Source: Myxococcota bacterium
GTDB lineage: Bacteria > Myxococcota_C > UBA6777
Direction: 5' to 3'
DNA length: 61,337 bases
Assembly: GCA_023150835.1 (NCBI GenBank)
Contig: JAKLKB010000023.1
Coordinates: 1-61,337 of the forward strand
Shown here: positions 9,875 through 17,736 of the stretch, in pieces
How the letters are laid out: every line of letters starts with the position of its first letter
How positions within the stretch are numbered: the first letter of the stretch is position 1
Program-made: the position numbers and the translations under genes
Notes under the pieces: generated by a model
What the model was told of the DNA's origin: nothing
Seen by the model: the letters and a program-made list of their open reading frames with translations, nothing else
Databases searched by the model: none

Positions 9875-10030
9875 GGATATCGTATAAGTCCTATGGTAGA
9901 CAAAAATCCCAGCATTCACGCCTTTTCGTTGGTGCGGCTTGGACTTGCGTTAGGGCGAACTTGACACGTCTGGTTGGCGGAAATACAATCCCCCCTCAAC
10001 TTGGCTGGAGCCTGTGTGTTTGGGGGCACC

Positions 10031-10966
10031 ATGAGCAAAAGGAGAAACAAACGGATGGTGGCTGCTGTCGGTCGGCAAAGGTGGATGGTGTGGATGCTTG
10101 CCTTGGGCGGGGGATGGCTTTTGGGATTCAGCCCTCGTCATGCGTGGGCAAACCAGCCCAACAAACCGCCTGCCAAACAATACGATGTCGCGATCGCCTT
10201 TTATCAGGCTCTCGGAGCAGAAGCACAAATTGACAGTCTGTTTGGCAAGCTTCAACAAGCCATCGAGCGCGATATCGGCCTCAAAGTCATGCCGCTTGCC
10301 GAAACGCAAGCCGCTCTCGGAAAAGATCTCGGATTGCAAGCCCTCGGAAATGATTGTCGAGGCGAGCTGATCTGTATGCTCGACACTTCACGAAAAAAAC
10401 TCCCCGTTTCACAAGTCGTCTTCCTTAGCGTAGGAGTCCTTGGCTCGGCTTTTTTGGTCAGCATCCGCAGCGCCAGCATCAAACAAGAACAACCTCCCCG
10501 CACTCTCGAAGGAAAACGCTACAACGGCATCGCTGCCTTTGAAAAAGAACTCCCCCAACTGGTCTTGACGATCTTCCCCGGGCGGACGCGTTTTGTCGTC
10601 GAAGGTTCCCCCGAAGGGGCCATCGTCAAGATCAACGACAGCCAAGTCGGAACACTGCCCAAAGTCGCCTTGTCTTGGGCCTCTGGCGAGATCACCGTCT
10701 CCGTCTCTTACCCCGGATACCTCGACAATACCAAGCGGCTGACGCTTTTGCCCAACCGCATCATGACCTTGCGTGTCGCTTTGGAAAAAAAACCTGCGGA
10801 ACGCCGCATCGTTCATCGTCCACCGCCTCCACCACCCCAAACCACCCCACTCCATCAACAATGGTGGGTTTGGGTGATCGGTGCAGGTGTTGTTGTAGGC
10901 GTCACCGTAGGCGTTGTGGTGGGCGTCACGCAGTCACAAGTCTATCGGGTTCAAACGGGACTCTAA
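10031..10966 (+). CDS. PEGA-domain exported protein with a C-terminal hydrophobic Gly/Val anchor
   Basis: Signal peptide ending AWA; PEGA motif VEGSPEGAIVKINDSQVGTLP...GEITVSVSYPGY; C-terminal WWVWVIGAGVVVGVTVGVVVG. Confidence 0.85.
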   Translation: MSKRRNKRMVAAVGRQRWMVWMLALGGGWLLGFSPRHAWANQPNKPPAKQYDVAIAFYQALGAEAQIDSLFGKLQQAIERDIGLKVMPLAETQAALGKDLGLQALGNDCRGELICMLDTSRKKLPVSQVVFLSVGVLGSAFLVSIRSASIKQEQPPRTLEGKRYNGIAAFEKELPQLVLTIFPGRTRFVVEGSPEGAIVKINDSQVGTLPKVALSWASGEITVSVSYPGYLDNTKRLTLLPNRIMTLRVALEKKPAERRIVHRPPPPPPQTTPLHQQWWVWVIGAGVVVGVTVGVVVGVTQSQVYRVQTGL

Positions 10967-11036
10967 ATCGCCCGTACTACGGCGGAAACCGCGCCCACTC
11001 TCCATCTCGCCGTCCGCCTTTTTGCAAAATGTTTGC

Positions 11037-11066
11037 TTGAAGTCCTGCAAGGTCTCATGCTATCCT
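11037..11066 (+). promoter_or_regulatory. Putative sigma70 promoter of the kinase gene
   Basis: TTGAAG-N18-TATCCT with an extended TG. Confidence 0.45.
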
Positions 11067-11125
11067 CTGTTTCTTGTGGGCTTCTTTGGTTTTGGCTCGC
11101 TTTTCAGCTTTGATAGGGTGGCTCC

Positions 11126-13378
11126 GTGAAGGTCTGTCCCAAGTGTACGCACGACAATCCGCCAGAGATGGACACCTGTGAAGAGTGCGGCGCAGATATC
11201 TCGCTTGTCGCTTCTGACGGGCTTGATCCACTCGTCGGCCAAGTTCTTGTCGGAAAATTTCACGTCAAAGAACTGATCGGCCAAGGAGCGATGGGTCGCG
11301 TCTATCGCGCTGTCCAAGCACCCATCAACCGCGAAGTCGCAATCAAGATCCTTCACCAACACCTGATGGAAGATCAACGCGTCGCTCGCCGCTTTCAACG
11401 CGAAGCAGAAGCCGCCAGTCGTTTTACTCACCCCAACTCCATCGCGATCTTTGACTTCGGACAAACCGAAAACAAATCTCTCTACATCGCCATGGAGTAC
11501 ATCGTTGGCCCCGATCTCGCTCATGTCATCTCGGAGGATTCTCCCCTTCCCATCGAGCGAGTAATCAAGATCGGCTCGCAAGTCCTCTCTGCCCTTCACC
11601 TCGCGCACAACAGCAAGATCATCCACCGCGATCTCAAACCCGAAAACATCATGCTCGCCCAAATGCCCGGACAAGACGAACTCGTCAAAGTCTGCGACTT
11701 TGGGATCGCCAAGATCCAACAGCCCGAAACCAACAAAGGCGAATCCGCGCTGACCATGTTCGGGATGATCTGTGGAACTCCTTATTATATGTCCCCAGAA
11801 CAGGCCAAAGGCGAAGAACTGGACGGACGCACCGACCTTTACAGCATGGGCGTGATCCTTTACGAGATGCTCACAGGCGAAGTCCCTTTCCGAGGCAGCA
11901 CGCCTGTAGAAGTCATCGCTCGCCACCTCACCGATCAGGCGGTCCCACCGAGCAAGATCCGAGGTGATGCTCAAATCCCCCGCGCTCTCGAAGATGTCGT
12001 CATGCGCGCCCTGCGCAAAAATCGCAACGAACGCTTCGCTTCCGCCGACGAGTTCCGTGTCGCTCTTGAAAAAGCCCGCGAAGAAACCGCCTTTCATCTC
12101 GAACTTGAGCGTGTTCTTCAAACGTCCGAAGACACCGCACGAAGACCCACTGGGATGTCTATCCCCGTAGCCACGGTCGCTTCCGTTCAGGGCGAAACGG
12201 TTGTCCGACCTTCTTCGGCCATCGCGGGCGCGCCTTCTCTTGCGCCCTCCTCATCCTCGACTTCGGTTCCTCAGATCGCCATCGCACGTGGCCGCCCTCT
12301 TCAATCCACCCCTCATCCCATGCCTGCCGCCACTCCTGCACCTCCTTCTGGACCCACGCGGGTTGGACCCGCTCCCACCCCCCCTCCTTCTGGACCCACG
12401 CGGGTTGGACCTGCTCCCACCCCTCCCGTTGCTTCTCCTCAATTCAATAACTCCATCAGCGCCATCACCCAATCCCGCGCTCCCTCGCCCTCTGCACCAC
12501 CCACCCAATTGCGCTCCCATGTTGTCCCTGCCACTCCCCCACCTCCTTCTTCGATCCTCCCTCCCGAGCGTGAGCCTCTTCCCTTCTCCAACGCTGCGCC
12601 TGCTCTCTCGGGGATCCGACCCGCTCCTGTCTTGCCCCACCACGCCAAACACAACTTTGACGAAGTCAGCGAACCCGTCGTCCAGCGCAAAGGCAGCGGA
12701 GGCTGGATCTTCTTGTTGTTGCTGCTCTTTGCCGGCGGGATCGGCGGTTATTACCTTTACACGCGCTTTGCTGCTCAAACCGATCCTCAAAACACCCTTC
12801 CTGACGTCGAAGAGCGACCTCTGCCCCACGTCCCACGACCCCAACCCAAACCCCCCACCACTCCGCCACGCCCTCAACCCGATCCTCGCATCGAAAAAAC
12901 CACCCCTCCACCACGCCCTTGGAAGCGGCGGGCTGTTGCTCGCGCCTCTTCTTCCCATCAGTCGGCCCGAAAGAACCAACTTCAAGATCTCGCGCAACAG
13001 CACAAATCGATCGTGCTGTGGATGCGCCATCACGGGATCCGCAAAGAATACCTCGAACCTTCCTCATGGAAAGATTACATCCGCTCCAGCCAAGCCCTCA
13101 GACAAAAAAACGTGCGCAAGCTTCGCGAGTACATCGAACGCCTCTCCAACCAAAAGATCGGCCAAGAAGATTATATCGATACTCAAATCCTCAAAAGGAA
13201 ATACAAATTTCTCAATAACTTGTACAAAGAAAAAAAGCGTAAAAAACGCCTCTCTATCGTGCAAGACCGCCGATGTGACGAGATCCTTACGCAGATCTTT
13301 ATCCACGATATCATGCTCCAAAAACCCCTCAAAGCCAGCAAGATGCTCAACGAAGTCCAGTCCATCCTCCTCCGCTAA
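11126..13378 (+). CDS. Ser/Thr protein kinase: zinc ribbon, kinase, Pro-rich linker, TM, basic C-terminal domain
   Basis: CPKC..CEEC, IGQGAMG, VAIK, HRDLKPEN, DFG, GTPYYMSPEQ; TM GWIFLLLLLFAGGIGGYYLY. Confidence 0.95.
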   Translation: MKVCPKCTHDNPPEMDTCEECGADISLVASDGLDPLVGQVLVGKFHVKELIGQGAMGRVYRAVQAPINREVAIKILHQHLMEDQRVARRFQREAEAASRFTHPNSIAIFDFGQTENKSLYIAMEYIVGPDLAHVISEDSPLPIERVIKIGSQVLSALHLAHNSKIIHRDLKPENIMLAQMPGQDELVKVCDFGIAKIQQPETNKGESALTMFGMICGTPYYMSPEQAKGEELDGRTDLYSMGVILYEMLTGEVPFRGSTPVEVIARHLTDQAVPPSKIRGDAQIPRALEDVVMRALRKNRNERFASADEFRVALEKAREETAFHLELERVLQTSEDTARRPTGMSIPVATVASVQGETVVRPSSAIAGAPSLAPSSSSTSVPQIAIARGRPLQSTPHPMPAATPAPPSGPTRVGPAPTPPPSGPTRVGPAPTPPVASPQFNNSISAITQSRAPSPSAPPTQLRSHVVPATPPPPSSILPPEREPLPFSNAAPALSGIRPAPVLPHHAKHNFDEVSEPVVQRKGSGGWIFLLLLLFAGGIGGYYLYTRFAAQTDPQNTLPDVEERPLPHVPRPQPKPPTTPPRPQPDPRIEKTTPPPRPWKRRAVARASSSHQSARKNQLQDLAQQHKSIVLWMRHHGIRKEYLEPSSWKDYIRSSQALRQKNVRKLREYIERLSNQKIGQEDYIDTQILKRKYKFLNNLYKEKKRKKRLSIVQDRRCDEILTQIFIHDIMLQKPLKASKMLNEVQSILLR

Positions 13379-13435
13379 CCCACACAAGCCCTTTGCCCTC
13401 CCCTCTACTTGGCGCGATCTGCGCGTTCGATAGGC

Positions 13436-13464
13436 TTGACCGTGTTCTCTAAAACGTATATGTT
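13436..13464 (+). promoter_or_regulatory. Putative sigma70 promoter
   Basis: TTGACC-N17-TATGTT. Confidence 0.55.
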
Positions 13465-13645
13465 AGGCAGAACTTCGCGGTGAAACGGCTTTCTCACCGC
13501 CATTTTCTTGTTCGTCATCCTGCGTGTTTTCGTTGTCATCCTGTGTGTTTTCGGTATCTTCGGGGGGCGGCTTTGGTTCGGCTACACCCCGCAACACGCG
13601 ATGCTTCGCGATCACTCCTCCTTTTCAACGCAAAGAGGCTGCTCG

Positions 13646-15223
13646 ATGTTTCACGTCAAAGTCTGGTTGGGTGTAATCTTCTTTTCTATCGTCACCCTGC
13701 AGATCTGGATCATGCAACCCCTGCTGATCTACAAGGTCGCAGAGGAGCAAGATCGCTTGCGCCCGATCTTGGTTGGGCAGCGCTTTGAGCGCGGCCTCTT
13801 CCGCTTTTATGAAAAACTCAAAGTCAACGCTACCAAAATGGCCGAAGAAACAGGCCTGCGCGAAGCCGTCTCCTCCATCAATTACGAAGCCGATGACGAT
13901 CTCTCTAAGCTCGAAACTTACGAAGAATCGCGCCGAAAGGTCCAACGCGGTTTTCAAGCCTACCAAAAACTAGACGCCAAAGTCGAACGACTGTACGTGG
14001 TTTCCCGCGAAGGCATCGTCCTCTTGCGCTCCGATCAACCCGGCGCAACCTTCCGCTACAAAAAAGATCGCCTCCCCAACATCCCCCACCTCAACGACGC
14101 CCTCAAAGACAACCCACGCACCGGGATCTGGCCGATCGAAGGCACCAATAGCTTCGTTGCTGCCGTCCCGATCCACGACACCTCTGAGAAAAAAACCGTT
14201 AAAGCCGCCCTCTTGTACGTCAAAGCCTTCAACGCCGAACTCTTTCGCGAACACAAAGAACTCCTCCCCCAAGACAACAATATCCCGGGCGCAAAAGACA
14301 CCAAGTTGATCCTCTTCACCGCAACCACCGCTGCTTCGGGCGATATGGATCTCGGCCCCATCGCCTACAACCTCGGCGAAAAACTCATCCCATTCTTTCG
14401 CGGATGGTTCAAGCAAAAAGCCTATGACGTCGTGGTCGATAAATACGCCAACGGTATGAACCGTGACCTGCTCAAAGCCGATATCCAACTACAGCCCTAT
14501 TCTTATATGGTCGGTCGGTTTCCTGCGGACCTCAGCCCCGGCAACATCGGCTATGTTCTGATGGTTCCTGTTCCCAATCGCTTTGTCGAAGTCAAAAAAG
14601 AAAAGTTCTATGAAAGCGGCGGGCCGCGCATCTTGGCCACCGTTCTCTTGGTCTTGGCCTTCTTCTTGGCGCTTTGGCTCTCGGGCGCGGAGATCTTTTA
14701 CTTTCGCCGTGTCGTTCCACGCCTCCAAACAGCCCCCCAAGAAGGCTTTCCCGACGTCCCATTGAACGGATTGAGCGGGCCTTGGAAAGGTCTGGCACGC
14801 TCGATCAACAAGATCTTTTCGATGATCCGCGAACGTGGTCTCGGCGAAGCCGATATGAAGCCCGGAACCACCATCGCCACCGTTGACGAACTTGACTCCC
14901 GAGAACGCGGTGGCGGCGCTCTCGACTTCCTCGCCTCGCAAAGTCGTGAAGTGGACGCGATCTCTCCCGACCTTCTGATCAACAACAACGTCAACGAAAA
15001 TGCCGCCTCGCTGCTTGGATCGGCCCCATCACCCGCTCAAAGCGGGTTTCCTGCTCAAGCTTTCCCCCCACAACAAGGCGGCTACCCACAACAAGGCGGC
15101 TACCCACAACAAGGCGGCTACCCGCAACAAGGCGGCTACCCACAACAAGGAGGTTATCCACAACAAGGAGGTTATCCACAACAAGGAGGCTACCCGCACG
15201 GAGATCCTTATAAAAAGTCTTGA
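13646..15223 (+). CDS. Two-TM membrane protein with a Cache-like periplasmic region, degenerate HAMP-like segment and (PQQGGY)7 tail; possibly MXAN_5187-like
   Basis: ATG 13646 after AGAGG; TM1 [12 protein letters not shown]; Cache-like [14 protein letters not shown] and FVAAVPI; TM2 [28 protein letters not shown]. Confidence 0.7.
   Translation: MFHVKVWLGVIFFSIVTLQIWIMQPLLIYKVAEEQDRLRPILVGQRFERGLFRFYEKLKVNATKMAEETGLREAVSSINYEADDDLSKLETYEESRRKVQRGFQAYQKLDAKVERLYVVSREGIVLLRSDQPGATFRYKKDRLPNIPHLNDALKDNPRTGIWPIEGTNSFVAAVPIHDTSEKKTVKAALLYVKAFNAELFREHKELLPQDNNIPGAKDTKLILFTATTAASGDMDLGPIAYNLGEKLIPFFRGWFKQKAYDVVVDKYANGMNRDLLKADIQLQPYSYMVGRFPADLSPGNIGYVLMVPVPNRFVEVKKEKFYESGGPRILATVLLVLAFFLALWLSGAEIFYFRRVVPRLQTAPQEGFPDVPLNGLSGPWKGLARSINKIFSMIRERGLGEADMKPGTTIATVDELDSRERGGGALDFLASQSREVDAISPDLLINNNVNENAASLLGSAPSPAQSGFPAQAFPPQQGGYPQQGGYPQQGGYPQQGGYPQQGGYPQQGGYPQQGGYPHGDPYKKS
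15068..15193 (+). repeat. 18 bp tandem repeat x7 (PQQGGY)
   Basis: ccacaacaaggcggctac and synonymous variants. Confidence 0.95.
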
Positions 15224-15312
15224 TTGTTTTCGCTTGTGCTGGTACACCGACCGCGCCTTGACCATGTATACGGACGCACGGCGATCTACGCTGCACAAGC
15301 TTGGAGGAAGAG

Positions 15313-16386
15313 ATGGATATCAAGATCACACTTGCTGGCCCAGAACAAAGAAAGCCCATTCCTCGCGATGGCAACACGCTCGGATTTGGCCGCCATTTCT
15401 CGGACCATTTTTTCTTGATGGATTATGCCCCCGAACGCGGCTGGTTTGATCCGCGTGTCGAGCCTTATCACAAACTCTCCTTGGACCCTGCGACGATGGT
15501 GTTGCACTACGGCCAGCAAGTCTTCGAGGGGATGAAAGCCTATCGCGGCGCTGATGGCGGGGTGTATCTCTTCCGTCACCGAAAAAACTTTGAACGCCTC
15601 AACCGTTCTTGTCGCCGTCTCGTCATCCCCGAACTGGATATCGATGTCCTCGAACAAGGACTCCGTGAACTCATCCGCGTCGATCAAGAGTGGATCCCCA
15701 CCAGCGAAGGATGCGCCCTGTACATCCGACCCACCGTCATCGCAACCGACCCTGTTTTGGGGGTTCGTCCCTCCGATACCTATCTGTTCTACATCATCGC
15801 CGGCCCCGTCGGAGCTTATTATCCCGAAGGCTTTAACCCCATCTCGATCTACGTCAGCGACAAATATGTTCGCGCTGTCTCGGGGGGCATCGGCGAAGCC
15901 AAAACCGCCGGAAACTACGCCGCAAGCCTCGCTGCACAACAAGAAGCCCGCAAAAAAGGTTATTCCCAAGTCCTCTGGCTTGATGCCAAAGAACGCAGTT
16001 TTGTCGAAGAAGTCGGAACCATGAACATCTTTTTCCGCATCAACGACGAACTGATCACCAGCCCTCTCACAGGCAGCATCTTGCCCGGTGTCACCCGCGA
16101 CTCCGTGATCCAGATCGCCCGCTCTTGGGGCGTCAAAGTCTCCGAACGTATGCTCGCTGTCGATGAAGTCTTCGATGCCGCACAAAAAGGCTCGCTCAAA
16201 GAAGTCTTTGGGGCCGGAACTGCCGCTGTGATCGCCCCCGTTAAAAAATTCCACTACAAAGACCGCGATATCCAAGTCGGCGACGGACGCAGCGGTGAAC
16301 TCTCCCAACGTCTCTACAAATACATCCTCGACCTTCAATACGGACGCATCGAAGATCCCTTTGGTTGGCGCACCCGCATCCTCTAA
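15313..16386 (+). CDS. ilvE: Branched-chain amino acid aminotransferase
   Basis: LHYGQQVFEGMKAY, LYIRP, PLP lysine in AKTAGNYA, EEVGTMN, ILPGVTRDS, GAGTAAVI. Confidence 0.97.
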   Translation: MDIKITLAGPEQRKPIPRDGNTLGFGRHFSDHFFLMDYAPERGWFDPRVEPYHKLSLDPATMVLHYGQQVFEGMKAYRGADGGVYLFRHRKNFERLNRSCRRLVIPELDIDVLEQGLRELIRVDQEWIPTSEGCALYIRPTVIATDPVLGVRPSDTYLFYIIAGPVGAYYPEGFNPISIYVSDKYVRAVSGGIGEAKTAGNYAASLAAQQEARKKGYSQVLWLDAKERSFVEEVGTMNIFFRINDELITSPLTGSILPGVTRDSVIQIARSWGVKVSERMLAVDEVFDAAQKGSLKEVFGAGTAAVIAPVKKFHYKDRDIQVGDGRSGELSQRLYKYILDLQYGRIEDPFGWRTRIL

Positions 16387-16399
16387 GCTGTCGCACCTT

Positions 16400-16470
16400 G
16401 CGGATGCTGTGGGGGGATCACTCGGTGGTGGATTCTGGCGGATGTTGTGGGGGGATCACTCGGCGGGAGA
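16400..16470. repeat. 38 bp tandem duplication spanning the SPOR gene stop, between convergent genes
   Basis: gcggatg(c/t)tgtggggggatcactcgg at 16400 and 16438. Confidence 0.85.
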
Positions 16471-17301
16471 TGAGTCACGCGGAGGTTGGACGGATCTCGT
16501 CAGTTTGTGCAGCGTCGTCTTTGTGCCTTCTGCTTGTTGAAACAAGCGCATATAGTGTTGTGCTTGCTGGGGTGTGCGAAAAGAGCCGATCGTTAGGCGA
16601 AAATAACGCTTCTGGCGAAACACCTCACGGGTGAGCGTTGCGGAGGAGTAGCCTTTTTTGAGCAAGCGCTGATGGATGCGTTGCAGAGTCGAAAGATCGC
16701 TCGAAAAGCGAAGCTGGAGTGTGTATTGTGCGCGACTCGACGGGACCATCGCGATCTTTTTGATCTGGCGTTGCAAGGCGTGTTGCTTTTTTGCTTCTTC
16801 TTGGGTTTTTGCAGCCTCGGCGGCTTTGGAGGCCGTGGGTGGGGGAGTTCGGCGCGATGCTTGGGCGGTCTCTTGTGGCAAACGTCGAGCAGGAGGAGCT
16901 GTGCGAGAGCGAGGCGCGGGAGCCGCAGGGGCTGCGGTATCCTCGTTGTCCTCGTTGTCTTCGCTGGGTTCGGTGTCTCTTGTGGGAGGCGGGATGCGAG
17001 ATGCCGTAGCAGCACGAGAGGGCTGATTTTGCGGCTTTTGGGGCGAAGTGGCCACTCGCAAACCAGAGGCCGGGACACGTTGAGAAGCGGAAAGCGTCGC
17101 AAATGCCGGATCTTCGGGGCGTTGTTGATCGAGCCAGCCGAGCAATCGGAGCTTTTGTTCGATCGGGCGCTTTTTGCTTTCGGCGATCGTCCACATACCG
17201 AGGAAAAAGACCAAGAAGGTCCAAAGGATCGCACCCATCCCAAGAAACAGCAGATGGCGTCGATCAACACGAAACTCCACTTGGTTGCCGAATTGAAACA
17301 T
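16456..17301 (-). CDS. SPOR-domain cell division protein (FtsN-like)
   Basis: ATG 17301 after AAGGAG; one TM (LLFLGMGAILWTFLVFFLGMW), disordered linker, SPOR-like YTLQLRFS...LLKKGY...YFRLTIGSFRTPQQA. Confidence 0.8.
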   Translation of the reverse strand: MFQFGNQVEFRVDRRHLLFLGMGAILWTFLVFFLGMWTIAESKKRPIEQKLRLLGWLDQQRPEDPAFATLSASQRVPASGLRVATSPQKPQNQPSRAATASRIPPPTRDTEPSEDNEDNEDTAAPAAPAPRSRTAPPARRLPQETAQASRRTPPPTASKAAEAAKTQEEAKKQHALQRQIKKIAMVPSSRAQYTLQLRFSSDLSTLQRIHQRLLKKGYSSATLTREVFRQKRYFRLTIGSFRTPQQAQHYMRLFQQAEGTKTTLHKLTRSVQPPRDSSPAE

Positions 17302-17472
17302 CGCGGCGCTCCTTGTGTTTGGCGTCGTAGAGGGGGTGGCTTGGATGGCCTGCGGCGAGAACGTCTGGGCGTTTCTCGTGCGCCGATTGTAGCGAGGTCC
17401 AGACGGCAGCGCAAAATTTCTCGTGCACGAAGCCTCCTTGGGTTCATCGGACTCATACGGTATCCGCAAGAT

Positions 17473-17550
17473 GTGTGATCGAAGGATCGTGTGTAGATGC
17501 CCTACGGTTGGGCAGCCACACCTGTCTGCCCCTACGTTTTACGATCACGC
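17473..17550 (-). repeat. GTAG-REP/REPIN-like palindromic element, copy 2
   Basis: Minus-strand core GTAGGGGCAGACAGGTGTGGCTGCCC (17510-17535); outer stem gtgatcg/cgatcac. Confidence 0.8.
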
Positions 17551-17563
17551 GCCCTGCGGAACT

Positions 17564-17713
17564 CGTATCGGTACACGGGGAGATCCTCTACGACCCGAAC
17601 TACAGCGGTTTTTCAAGACCGCTCGCAAGCCCGTCGGGTCTTGGCTTCGCACCGAGTGCGTGATGCGTTCTTGCATTTTCCACCCGTTGTTGCGTAACAT
17701 ACCGATACGCAAC
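17564..17713. ncRNA. Candidate structured RNA or leader of unknown family
   Basis: Nested complementary segments of 10, 5, 7 and 6 bp plus side hairpins (see findings). No known family recognised. Confidence 0.3.
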
Positions 17714-17736
17714 CTTTAGCAACGATTGAGAGATCC

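Noticed and set aside
12201-13433. 410 aa alternative-frame ORF within the first kinase
   Set aside because: Arises from C-rich Pro-linker codons lacking stops; no domain signal.
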